NCBI GenBank assembly: GCA_051313645.2
Contig: JBNRSN020000015.1
Span: 125,922,001 to 125,986,000, forward strand
Direction of reading: 5' to 3'
From: Centroscyllium fabricii
Lineage: Eukaryota
DNA length: 64,000 bases
Under the pieces are notes generated by a model that ran no database searches, was not told where the DNA came from, and saw nothing but the letters and a program-made list of their open reading frames with translations. Shown here in pieces: positions 24,599 to 36,679 of the stretch. Numbering within the stretch: position 1 is the first letter of the stretch; each line of letters starts with the position of its first letter. The position numbers were made by a program, and so were the translations under genes.

Positions 24599-26820
24599 GA
24601 AAACATTTGGAGATGTAACAGCTTTTTAAGCAAGTGCAGGGGCCGGGAGAGGGGGGAGGGGAGGAAAGAACAAATAGGGAAGGTCTGTGATAGGATGGAA
24701 GGCAGAAGAGAGTCTTCTTTTCACTGCCTGTTAAAAGCCAGTTGAAAATCTACCCGAGCTTCCTGTGGTAAACAGAAGCAAATGAAAACGTGACATTGAG
24801 TTTCCGTAAGTTTTTAAAAAAAGATTTTTTTTTAAATGACAGTGGAAACTGAATGGGATTTTCTGAAATTCGATTCATTCCATGCGTGACAATGATAATG
24901 TATACTCCATGAATAATTTCTGAAAAGCTGTGGGATGCGATTTGTATCTCAGAACCGGGCGGATTCGATAACTTCACTACAGACACAATGAATTATGGTT
25001 AATTGCAAGGACAGAGTATAAATTACATCCCACAGATATTCCTGCGGCATTCGGTTCTGAACCAGGCGTAAAACAAAAATCATATAATTACATAGATTCC
25101 TACAGTACAACAAATCAGCTGTAAAGCGCTTTGGGACGTCCGGTGGTCGTGAAAGGCGCTACAGAAATGCAAATCTTTCTTTCTTTCCTATGCAGCACAG
25201 AAACAGGTCACTCGGCCCAACTAGTCAATGTCGGTGTTTATGCTGCACACGCGCCTCCTTTTTAAAAATTATTCGTTTATGGGATGTGGGTGTCACTGAC
25301 AAGGCCAGCATTTATTGCCCATCCCCTAATTACCCTCGAGAAGGCAGTGGTGAGCCACCTTCTTGAACCGTTGCAGTCCGTGTGGTGAAGGTGCTCCCAC
25401 AGTGCTGTTTGGGAGGGAGTTTTTTTTAATTATTCATTGATGGGATGTGGGCATCGCTGGCTGGCTAGGCCTGCATTTAGTGCCCATCCCTAATTGCCCT
25501 TGAGAAGATGGCGGTGAGCCGCCTTCTTGAACCGCTGCAGTCTTATTGTTTTTCGTAGCGGTTGTTGACAACTGAGTGGCTTGCTGGGCCATTTCAGAGG
25601 GCATTAAGAGTCAATCACATTGCTATGGGTCTGGAGTCACATGTAGGCCAGACCAGGTAAGGATGGCAGATTTCCTTCCCTAAAGGACATTAGTGAACCA
25701 GATGGATTTTTGCAACAATCTACAATGGTATCATGGTCGCCATTACTAAGACTAACATTTAATTCCAGAATTAAATGGAATTGAATATAAATTCCACCAG
25801 CTGCCGTGGTGGGATTTGAACCCATATCTTCAGAGCATTTGACTGAGCCTCCAGCTTACTAGTCTAGTGACATAACCACTACGCCACTGCCTCCCCGGGA
25901 TTTTGACCCAGCGACGATGAAGGAACGGCCGATACATTTCCAAGTCAGGATGGTGTGTAACGTGGAGGTGGAACTTGGAGGTGGTGGTGTTCCCATGAGT
26001 CTGCTGCCCTTGTCCTTCTAGGTGGAAGAGATTGCGTGTTTGACAGGTGCTGCCGAAGAAGCCTTGGCGAGTTGCTGCAGTGCACCTTGCAGATGGTACA
26101 CACTGCAGCCACGGTGCGCCGGTGGTGGAGGGAGTGAATGTTTAAGGTGGTGGATGGGGTGCCAATCAAGCGGGCTGCTTTGTCTTAGATGGTGTTGAGC
26201 TTCTTGAGTGTTGTTGGAGCTGCACTCATCCAGGCAAGTGGAGAGTATTCCATCACACTCCTGACTTGTGCCTTGTAGATGGTGGAAAGGCTTTGGAAAG
26301 GCCTCCCACCCCTTTTCATCTCATCCTAGCATAACCTTCTATTCCTTTCTCCCTCATGTGTTTATCCAGCTTTTTCTTAGATGCATCTCTGCTGTTAACA
26401 TAACAAGTCAATGTTAATTATATTAAGAGGCAATGGAGCTTGGCTCAATGTTGAGTTACGTCAGCTTGGCTCAGTGGGCAGCACTCTTGCCTCCGGGGCA
26501 GAAGTTTCTGGGTTCAGGCCCCACTCCAGACACAGACACATAATCTCGACTGATACTTTCGCGCAGTCTTGAGGGAGTGCTGCATTATCAGAGATGCCGT
26601 CCTTCAGATGAGATGTCCAACCGAGCACCTGTCTGTTCTGCTGGTACAGGTGGGACTATTCAAAGAAGTGGAAGAAATTATTCTGCCACCACATTACAAA
26701 AACATCAAGTATTCCTACAGTATGATAGCAAAATACTGCGGATGCTGGAAATCCGAAACAACAGCAGAAAACGCTGGAGACACTCAGCAGGCCAGGCAGC
26801 ATCGGTGGAGAGAGATACAG

Positions 26821-26857
26821 AGTTAATGTTTCAGGTCGATGACCTTTCTTCAGAACT
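26821..26857 (-). ncRNA. Hammerhead motif (family A), palindrome mutated
   Basis: Minus strand: agtt-CTGAAGA-a-aggtc atc gacct-GAAA-catt-aact. Confidence 0.6.
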
Positions 26858-27454
26858 GGGGAAATGGGGCATGGTACATTGGCGAGACCATGCAGACACT
26901 ACGCCAACGGGTGAACGGACACCGCACAACAATCGCCAGGCAGGAGTGTTCCCTCCCAGTCGGGGAACACTTCAGCAGTCAAGGACATTCAGCCTCCGAT
27001 CTTCGGGTAAGCATCTCCAAGGTGGCCTTCGAGACACACGACAACGCAAAATCGTCGAGCAGAGGCTGATAGCCATGTTCTGCACCGATGAGCACGGCCT
27101 CAACCGTGATATTGGCTTCATGTTGCGCGACATGTGACCCCCACCTGACGTAGAGTCATCCAGACTCGAGTCGTCTTTGGCTTGTTCTCACTACGCTGAT
27201 GCAGCTGCGATTTCCAGTAAGAATTTTTTATTTTTTAAAAATCATTCTGTGGGTTTTCACACAGACACCAGACTGTAACATTTGACCCTTTGTGACTGCA
27301 CCTCATTGATCTCAGCCTGACTGATGTGTTAGAACACCTTTGATTGCTTTGATGTCTCTCTGCTGAGGTGTGATGTTGAACAGTTGGAGAGACCACATTG
27401 TTCTCTCCCTCTATATATATATATATATGCTGTGTTTAAATGAATCTCTTCACT

Positions 27455-27491
27455 TCACCTGAGGAAGGAGCTGCGCTCCGAAAGCTTGTGA
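27455..27491 (+). ncRNA. Minimal type I hammerhead ribozyme motif (family B)
   Basis: tcac-CTGAGGA-a-ggagc tgc gctcc-GAAA-gc-TT-gtga, with palindrome AGCT. Confidence 0.8.
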
Positions 27492-27630
27492 TTTCAAATA
27501 AGACTGTTGGACTATAACCTGGTGTTGTGTGACTTCTTACAATTGAGAAACCAGGAGAGGGGATCGATTTGAAAGCTGGTAGGGGCTGGGGAAAGGGGGA
27601 GGGGCTGAAAGAACAAAGGGAAGGTCAGTG

Positions 27631-29850
27631 TGTGGTGAACCATTTAGTGTAGTTCACACTGTTATTATTGTATATAGTTTGTGCTAATAAAGTTGTTCCT
27701 TTCTGTAAGGACCTGGACCAGCTGACCCCGCCTCCGGGTATGAGTATAAAGGAGGATGCTCCGCCCACCTGACTCTCATTCCAGGCAAGACTCATCGCGG
27801 ACCAGGTCTTGTTCTTAGCGAATAAAAGCCTTTGATTACGATCCACGAAAGACTGGCGTGATTGATTAGCGCATCAATTTTATTCGCTAAGATTTACAAT
27901 GGGTGATGAGCCAGGACAGAGCCAACAGCCAGCTGCACCAGACACCTGGAGATCGATCCTCAGTGGCAGGGTCTTTGCAATCATCAAGAACGCCACTGAC
28001 TATGATGCAGCGTTGGAGCTGCTGAGGGCTCGGTACCTCCAGCCTGTCAACGCTGTCTACGCTCGCCATCTACTCGCCACGCAGAGGCAACAGCCTGGTG
28101 AGTCGAATGAGGAGTACCTGGAGGCTCTTCAAGCTCTCGTTCTGCGCTGCGAATGTGCACCCGTTAATGCCCAGGAGCACATGGACCTCCTCGTCCGCGA
28201 TGCCTACGTGGCAGGAATCCGATCGGCCCCAGCGCGCACCCGCCTGCTCGAGCAGGATGATTTGTCCCTGAACCAGGCGGTGAAGCTTTCCAATGCGGTG
28301 GATGGGACCCTCCGCAGCCTGGATTCGTACACGGGGCACAGCTCCCACACGGTTTCCCCAGGGCCTTGGGACTCACGTTTAACGCCCTCGACGGCAACCG
28401 TGGCGGCCACGGCGCCATCCGGACAGCCAGCACCCCTGAAATGCCACCTCCCGCCCTCGACGGCAACCGTGGCGGCCACGGCGCCATCCGGCCAGCCAGC
28501 GCCCCTGAAATGACATTTTTGTGGCCATAAACGCCACCCACGAAGCTCCTGCCCAGCGAAGTCGGCATCCTGCTCCAGGTGTGGCAAGAAGGGCCACTTT
28601 GCGAAGGTCAGCCGATCGGCCCCGGAATCTACAAAGAAAACGGCAGCAGCCTGCAATCTCTACGCCACAGAGTGGCCTCAGGTACCTGGCGCCCCCCAAT
28701 AGCGTTTTTCTAAGAAACTATTACTTACTTTGCCTCGGGTGCGGCCTGCCAGCGCCATTTCCCGCGTTCTGCCGTTTTCCTCCTCAGTAGAAACATGGGC
28801 GCCGTCGCCATCTTTGGGGGGTGCGGCCTTCTTCATGCCTGGAACGGCAAGAACGGGCGGCAGAGGCCCTGCCCCATCACGTGACGCCGCCGTCTCCCAG
28901 CGTCACATCAGCAGCGGTCCCCCCACATCACGTGCCGAAGACCAAACGGGCGGCAGAGGCCCCGCCCCATCACGTGACGACGCTATCTTGGTGCAGGACG
29001 GCCTGCATACCTGCAGCAAAGGGCCCGACACCATCTTTGTATAGGAGGATTTTTAAAGCACAGGCTGCTGCAGCAACTAGTGACTTTAAATCAACCTCAG
29101 TGATTCTGGCAGCTGCAACAGACTGCTCCAGACCACTTCAGCGTCCCGGCGCTGCTGCTGCGCCGCGAGCCCTTCGGTCTTCCCGACGGCATTCTCAGAG
29201 ACTCACCCACCGGTCCGAAACACCACCGCGGCCCGCCGCATGCGAATCACGGGCGCCGCCACCAACCGTGGTTCCTGCATCGCACAAGGGCCCCAGCGCG
29301 CACATTACATCGAGGCCCTTGCCACCTACAATGCACGACGGAGTTCATCACGTTGCTCAACCTCCGGCGGCTGCTACACCTCCACCAGATCTTCCTGCGT
29401 ATGAACCTCCTCTTCCACCGGTGGAGTCCCTGTTCGCTTCGGGAGCTCCGTCAGCATCTTTTCTGATTGCGACTACTCCCGCTTTTTCGTGCGAGTCGCC
29501 ATTGCTTCACAGGTCTTCTCGGACTGTTCGACCTCCTCAAGGACTGATAACGCAGTGCTGATGTTCGCCCCGCGGGACTTGTTTTTTTAAGGAAGGGGTG
29601 AATGTGGTGAACCATTTAGTGTAGTTCACACTGTGTTATTATTGTATATAGTTTGTGCTAATAAAGTTGTTCCTTTCTGTAAGCACCTGGACCAGCTGAC
29701 CCCGCCTCCGGGTATGAGTATAAAGGAGGATGCTCCGCCCACCTGACTCTCATTCCGGGCAGGACTCATCGCGGACCAGGTCTTGTTCTTAGCAAATAAA
29801 AGCTTTTGATTACGATCCACGAAAGACTGGCGTGATTGATTAGCACATCA
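27631..29850 (+). mobile_element. Non-autonomous LTR element with gag and two CCHC knuckles, no pol
   Basis: LTRs at 27631-27876 and 29603-29850, TSD CAGTG, PPT AAGGAAGGGGTGAA. The gag ORF 27899-28513 (YARHLLATQRQQPGES, VRDAYVAGI) continues in frame past a TGA into HFCGHKRHPRSSC and CSRCGKKGHFAKV. Confidence 0.92.
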
Positions 29851-32472
29851 CAGTGACAGGATAGAAGCCGGGGAGATTATGAGACATTGAGAGACATTAA
29901 GAGAAATTCAAGGAACACAGGATGGCTCTAGAGGTGTGAACGGCATTTCTACAGCACCTTTAACATAGTGAAACATCCCATGGTGCATCACAAACCAAAA
30001 TTTGACACTGACGAACAAAGGTATATTGGGACAGGTGACCAAAAGCTTGTTGCTCACAGAGTTAGCTTTTACGGAGCGTCTTAGAAACATAGAAACATAG
30101 AAGATAGGAGCAGGAGTAGGCCATTCGGCCCGTCGAGCCTGCTCCGCCATTCAATGAGATCATGGCTGATCATCCAAACCCAGCACCCTGTCCCTGCCTT
30201 GTCCCCATATCCCTCGATCCCTATCGAGCCTGCACTGACACACATCCCACCCTATCCCCGTAACCCCACATATTCAATCCCCCTAACACTGAGGGTCAAT
30301 TTATTCTGGCCAATCAACCTAACCCGCACATCTTTGGACTGTGGGAGGAAACCGGAGCACCCGGAGGAAACCCACGCAGACACGGGGAGAATGTGCAAAC
30401 TCCACACAGATAGTCACCCGAGGCCGGATTTGAACCCGGGTCTCTAGCGCTGTAAGGCAACAGTGCTAACCACTATGTCACCGTGCCGCCCTAGGACAAG
30501 AGAGAGCCAGAGAAGTTTCGGGAGGAAATTCCAGAGCTTAGGGTCTTGGCAGCTGAAGGCACGGCCGCCAATGCTGGAGCAATTATAATCGGAGATGGGC
30601 AAGAGGCCCGAATTAGATAAGCACAGATATTTTGCAGGGTTGTAGGGCTGGGGGAGGTTACAGAGATAGGGAGGGGCGAGGCCATGGAGGGGTTTGAAAA
30701 CAAGATGAGAATTTTTAAAATCGAGGCGTCGCTTAGCCAATGTAGGTCAGTGAGATAACGCCACTAAAGCAAAATTGGTTAACTGCCGAGTCACCTCATC
30801 AGTGGGATCTTGTTGTACGTAAAATGGCTACTGTGCCTTCTGCAAAACAGCGACTGCACTAACAGTAATTCATGGTATGTAAAGCGCTTCCTCAGAGAGG
30901 CAATAAGACTATTAAAATGGAAGCCTGTCATTCATTGGTTCCAGTGTAGTTGGAAGTTTAATTAGATTCTTGTGGCATGATGCATATTAAGAACATAAGA
31001 ACTAGGATCAGGAGTGGGCTGTACGGCCCCTCGAGCCTGCTCCGCCATTCAGTAAGATTACGGCTGATCTTTGACCTCAACTCCACCTTCCCGCCCGATC
31101 CCCATATCCCTCGATTCCCCCAGAGTCCAAAAATCTATCGATCTCACCCGTGGGGGCGGCATGGTGGCACAGTGGTTAGCACTGTTGCCTCACAGCACTG
31201 GAGACCCGGGTTCAAATCCAGCCTCAGGTGACTATCTGTGTGGAGTTTGCACATTCTCCCCGTGTCTGCGTGGGTTTCCTCCGGGTGCTCCGGTTTCCTC
31301 CCACAGTCCAAAGATGTGCGGGTTAAGTTGATTGGCCATGATAAATTGACCCTTAGTGTTAGGGGGGATTAAATATGTGGGGATAGGGGGGGATATGTGT
31401 CGGTGCAGGCTCGATAGGGATCGAGGGATATGGGGAGAGGGCAGGGACAGGGTACTGGGTTTGGATGATCAGCCATGATCTCATTGAATGGCGGAGCAGG
31501 CTCGAAGGGCCGAATGGCCTACTCCTGCTCCTATCTTCTATGTTTCTATGTGTCCTAGCTCGCACCAAGTCCCGTTCACCCATCTCCCCTGTGCTCGCTG
31601 ACCTACATTGGCTCATTCCTCCTTTAAGACGCTCCTTAAAACCTGCATCTTTGACCAAGCTTTTGGTCACCTGCCTTAATTTATCCTTAAGTGGCTCGGC
31701 GTCAACTATTTTGTCTTAAAACACTCCTTTGCGGCGCCTTGGGACGTTTTATTACTTTAATTGCGCTATATAAATACAAGTTTTTGTTGTTGTTGGATAT
31801 ACTCAACGACTGAGCATCCACAGTCCTCTGGGGTAGAGAATTCCAAAGATTCACCACCCTCTGAGTGAAGAAATTTCTCCTCATCTCATTCTTAAATAGG
31901 CTACCCCTTTTCCTGAGAATGTGACCCCCTATTCGAGACTCAACAGCCAGGGATAATATTTATTTTGAATGAGTTTTCACAAAAAAAAGGAAAAAATATT
32001 AGTTCCGGTACTTGGAATATCATTTTGTTCCATCTCCATGAACATATTTAAATGGAAATTGTATCAGCACAGAGCAAGTCCCACACTCTTCCGTTTGATA
32101 AAGGTGTGAAAAATTAAATGTGCGTCAAGAGCAGTGAGAAAGCGGCAATGGATCAATTATTTTGTGCTTTGAACACAGGTGCGAGAAATGCTTGTGAACA
32201 GTTGCGGGGGGGCGGGGGGACACCGGTAGAATGTGTTAAGGACGTGTTAAGTGTCATGAATGAGCTGCTGGTGTTGCATTCTGCAGTTACAGAAGCACAT
32301 CAATACTATTTTACTCATAAAAAGTTCAGATCTGCCCTACACGAGGACCAAGAAAAAGAAAACACTTTCATGACCACCGCACGTCCCAAAGCGCTGTACA
32401 GCCAATGAAGCACTTTTTGAAGTGTCGTCACTGTTGTAATGTAGGAAACGCGGCAGCCAATTTGCGCACAGC

Positions 32473-33753
32473 ATAAGAACATAAGAAGTAGGAGCAGGAG
32501 TCGGCCATACGGCCCCTCGGGCCTGCTCCGCCATTCAATAGGATCATGGCTGATCTGAACTTAGACTCACGTCCACTTCCCTGCCCTCTCCCCATAACCC
32601 CTTATTCCCTTATCAGCTAGGAAACCATCAATCTCCGTTTTAAATTTATTTAATGTCACAGCTTCCACAACTCTCTGAGGCAGCAAATTCCATAGATTTA
32701 CTACCCTCTGAGCGAAGAAGTTTCTCCTCATCTCAGTTTTGAAAGGGCAGCCCCTTATTCTCAGATTCTGCCCCCTAGTTCTAGTCTCACCCAGCAGTGG
32801 AAACATCCTCACCGCATCCACCCGATCAAGCCCGCTCACAATCTTAGATGTTTCGATAAGATCGCCTCTCATTCTTCTGAATTCCAATGAGTAGAGGCCC
32901 AACCTACTCAACCTTCCCTCATATGTCAGCCCCCTCATCTCCGGAATCAACTGAGTGAACCTTCTCTGAACTGCCTCGAGAGCAAGTATATATTTTCTTA
33001 AATATGGAAACCAAAACTGTACGCAGTATTCCAGGTGTGGCCTCACCAGTACCCTGTATAACTGCAGCAAGACTTCCCTGTTTTGATACTCCATCCCCCT
33101 TGCAATAAAAGCCAAGATTCCATTGGCCTTCTTGATTACCTGCTGTACCTGCAGACTAACCTTCTGTATTTCATGCACCATGACCCCCAGATCCCTTTGT
33201 GCTGTAGCATTTTGCAGTTTCTCTCCATTTAGATAATAACTTGCTCTTTGATTTGTTTTCTGCTTAAGTGCATAACCTCACACTTTCCAACATTATATTC
33301 CATCTGCCAAATGTTTGCCCACTCACTTAGCTTGTCTATGTCCTTTTGCAGGTTTTTTATGTCCTCCTCACTCACTGCTTTCCCTCCCATCTTTATATCG
33401 TCGGCAAACTTGGATACATTGCACTCGGTCCCTTCCTTCAAATCGTTAATATAGATTGTAAAGAGTTGGGGTCCCAGCACTGACCCCTGCGGAACACCAC
33501 TAGTCACTGATTGCCAACCCGAGAATGAACCATTTATCCCAACTCTCTTTTTCTGTTAGATTGCCAATCTTCCACCCATGCCAGTATATTACCCCCAATC
33601 CTGTGATTTTTTATCTTGTGCAGTAACCGTTTGTGTGGCACCTTATCAAATGCCTTTTGGAAGTCCAAATACACCACATCCGCTGGTTCCCCTTTATCCA
33701 CTCTGTTTGTTACGTCCTCAAAGAATTCGAGAAGATTTGTCAAATATGACTTC
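32473..33753 (-). mobile_element. CR1 3' fragment inside a Deu-SINE
   Basis: YLDFQKAFDKVPH, SGVPQGSVLGP and C-terminal motifs. Confidence 0.92.
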
Positions 33754-33906
33754 CACAAGCTCCCACAAACAACAATGTGAGAATGTCCAGATCATCTGTG
33801 GTAGTGATGTTGATTGAGGGATAAATATTGGCCTCAGGACACCGGGGAGAATTCCACTGCTACTCTCCGAAATAGTGCCGCGGGATCTTTTACATCCACC
33901 TGAGAT

Positions 33907-34308
33907 GGGCGGCACGGTGGCATAGTGGTTAGCACTGTTGCCTTACAGCACTGGAGACCCGGGTTCAAATCCAGCCTCGGGTACTATCTGTGTGGAGTTT
34001 GCACATTCTCCCCGTGTCTGCGTGGGTTTCCTCCGGGTGCTCCGGTTTCCTCCCACAGTCCAAAGATGTGCGGGTTAGGTTGATTGGCCAGGATAAATTG
34101 ACCCTTAGTGTTAGGGGGATTGAATATGTGGGTTACGGGGATAGGGTGAGATATGTGTCGGTGCAGGCTCGATAGGGATCGAGGGATATGGGGAGAGGGC
34201 AGGGACGGGGTACTGGGTTTGGATGATCAGCCATGATCTCATTGAATGGCGGAGCAGGCTCGAAGGGCCGAATGGCCTACTCCTGCTCGTATCTTCTATG
34301 TTTCTATG
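33907..34308 (+). mobile_element. HE1-type V-SINE (representative of about 13 copies)
   Basis: tRNA head (A box TGGCATAGTGG, B box GGTTCAAATCC), V domain GTGTGGAGTTTGCACATTCTCCCCGTGTCTGCGTGGGTTTCC, CR1 tail. Other copies, approximate: 5046-5449(-), 14533-14938(-), 15660-15797(-), 16555-16958(+), 17653-18048(+), 20484-20624(+), 20625-21026(-), 30082-30491(-), 31154-31551(+), 34836-35237(+), 37408-37717(-), 51322-51688(+), 58889-59278(-). Confidence 0.9.
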
Positions 34309-34489
34309 AGAGGGCAGATGGGGCCTCGGTTTAACGTCTCATCCAAAACCTCTGACAGTGCAGCACTCCCTCAGTACTGCACTGCAGTGTCGGCCTAGAT
34401 TTATGCGCTCAAGTCTCTGGAGTGGGATTTAGAGCATTCTGGCTCAGAGGCGAGAGTGCTACCCACTGAACCACAACATCTATATTGAG

Positions 34490-34800
34490 ATTTGTTACCT
34501 GTAGACTTGACTATTCCAACGATCTCCTGGCCGGCCTCCCATCTTCCACCCTCCATAATCTTGACCTCATCCAAAATTCTGCTGCTCATATCCCAACTCG
34601 CACCAAGTCCCGTTCACCCATCACCCACTGTGCTCGCTGACCTACGTTTGGTTTCCGGTTGTGCAACACCTCAAATTGAAAGTTCTCATCCTGGTTTTCA
34701 AATCCCTCTGCGGCCCTGCCTCCTCCCTATCTCGGTAAACTCCTCCAGCCCTACAACCCTCCAAGAGCTCGACGCTCCTCCAATTCTGGCATCTTGAGCA
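34490..34800 (+). mobile_element. L2-clade LINE fragment
   Basis: Decayed FVTSRLDYSN..LAGLP...IQNSAA...SPITPVLADL-type region. Related pieces at 29948-30081 plus 30492-30745 (-), 31551-31795 (+) and 24058-24135 (-). Confidence 0.75.
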
Positions 34801-35235
34801 CATATTGGAGGAAGAGAGAAATCTTTGTCTTGTAAGGTGGCACAGTGGTTAGCACTGTTGTCTCACAGCACTGGAGACCCGGGTTCAAATCCAGCCTCGG
34901 GTACTATCTGTGTGGAGTTTGCACATTCTCCCCGTGTCTGCGTGGGTTTCCTCCGGGTGCTCCGGTTTCCTCCCACAGTCCAAAGATGTGTGGGGTAGGT
35001 TGATTGGCCATGATAAATTGACCCTTAGTGTTAGGGGGATTAAATATGTGGGGTTACGGGGATAGGGTGGGATATGTGTCAGTGCAGGCTCGATAGGGAT
35101 CGAGGGATATGGGGGAGGGCAGGGCCGGGGTACTGGGTTTGGATGATCAGCCATGATCTCATTGAATGGCGGAGCAGGCTCGAAGGGCCGAATGGCCTAC
35201 TCCTGCTCCTATCTTCTATGTTTCTATGTTTCTAT

Positions 35236-35548
35236 GTAAGGAAATTCCTTTTAAAAAAATCATTCTGTGTGTTTTGCAGCATTTGACCCCTTGCGACTGT
35301 GCCTCATTGATCTCAGACTGATGTGTTAAAATATGTTAATATGCCTTTGTGTGCTCTGTCTATCTCTGCTAAGGTGAGATCAGATTTCTCTCTTCCTCCA
35401 ATATGTGCGTTCTTTAAGTCAGCGTCTCTTTCACCTGACGAAGGGGCTCCGAAAGCTTGTGATTTAAAATAAAACTGTTGGACTATAACCTGGTGTTGTG
35501 TGACTTCTTGCATTTGTCCACCCCAGTCCAACACCAGCACCTCCACAG
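35236..35548 (+). mobile_element. Non-coding Penelope pseudo-LTR-type repeat (family B)
   Basis: Matches 27217-27540 and 40197-40556. Contains an HHR motif. Confidence 0.75.
35431..35462 (+). ncRNA. Hammerhead motif (family B), shortened helix II
   Basis: tcac-CTGACGA-aggggctcc-GAAA-gctt-gtga. Confidence 0.55.
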
Positions 35549-35879
35549 CAAAATAGTACCACAGGGTCCTTCACATCCACCTGACAGGACAGGTGGAGTC
35601 TCAGTAACGTCTCATCTAAGATACAGCACCTCCAACAGAGCAGCACATACAGCACTGCACTGGAGTGTCAGCCTCGATTTTGTGCTGAAGTCTCTTGGAG
35701 TGGGGCTTGAACCCATGACCGCCTGACTCAGATATGAGAGTGCTACCCACCGAGCCATGGCCGGGGAGGAATTCCAGAGAATAAACGACAGAGGAACAAG
35801 GTCATGAAGGGATTTAAACACAGGGGCAACAAATTTAAATTTGAGGGCTCGGTCGACAGGGACAGATTCCCAGAACAAT

Positions 35880-36642
35880 GGCCCAGAAATTCCGATCGCC
35901 CCGGGTGCGTACGCGCTGGGTGCTCACCCATAGGCCCATCCCAAGTGCCGGTTTCCTGCTTGCACGGCACATGCGCGTGAAACCAGCACTTCCGATCCCC
36001 TGACAGAAGGGGTCGAGGATCGGAATGTGTGCACGCGCGCGGCAGCGCGTGAGCAATGCACTTGCGATTTTTTTGCAGGTTTTTATCCAGGTAAGTATTA
36101 AATAATTTATGTCTCCTATTTTCAAGTGCAAAGACCCCTTTTCAGAAGGTAAGTGGTGAATTAATTCAACTTAAACATTTTTTTCCACAGGATTTTTATT
36201 TTTTAAATACTTTAAAGAAAGGTAAGTTGAATTTTAGCCCCGTTATAAACTTTAATTAGATTTTTTTTAATTTTTAATTTTTGTTTAAAAATAGCTAATT
36301 TATGTAATTGATAGTTATTTTAAAAAATGTGATTAAAAGAAAAATATTTGAAGCTTTACTGCGGTTTTGGGGTTTGTAGTATTCATAAGTTTGACAGGTC
36401 TTTCTGTCAAACGTATGAATGGAGCATTCTGTGCTCCGATTGGCTCTCCGCGGCCCACATGATCCCATGCGAAGCCTCACACTATCTTCACCGCTCAGAT
36501 CCGGGAGTGCGGAGCGCCGGCAGTTCAGGAGGGCTCAACATCGGGATTCCATGCGGGGGCACAGCTCAACGGCTGGCGCGCTAGGTAAGTGTAGGTTGGA
36601 GACTTGCACTCGCGGGAAACCTCCGACCCGAATTTCTGGGCC
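35880..36642 (+). mobile_element. PIF/Harbinger-like MITE, family H2 copy 1
   Basis: TIR GGCCCAGAAATTC, TSD AAT, internal palindrome ATTCATAAGTTTGACAG...CTGTCAAACGTATGAAT. Confidence 0.85.
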
Positions 36643-36679
36643 AATGAATGTGTCATGGAACCAACCAGGGAACAGGTTA

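Larger units (their letters stand above)
26725..27545. mobile_element. Penelope-like element remnant: GIY-YIG endonuclease C-part plus hammerhead-bearing pseudo-LTR segments
   Basis: 26866-27137 (+) encodes WYIGETMQTLRQRVNGHRTTI...PVGEHFS...EQRLIAMF...GLNRD (frameshifted), typical of the PLE endonuclease. Flanked by HHR motifs. Confidence 0.85.

Noticed and set aside
27144-27175. Third hammerhead-like motif (also near 40158)
   Set aside because: Helix II is present but the core is degenerate (CTGACGT, GAGT). Not called as a ribozyme.
28511-28513. TGA at the first Cys of a zinc knuckle suggesting selenocysteine or readthrough
   Set aside because: The duplicated upstream unit has TGC, no SECIS is evident, and the second knuckle is also mutated. 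A point mutation is simpler.
33907-33980. tRNA-like sequences with A and B boxes
   Set aside because: They are SINE heads followed by V or Deu domains and LINE tails, not tRNA genes.
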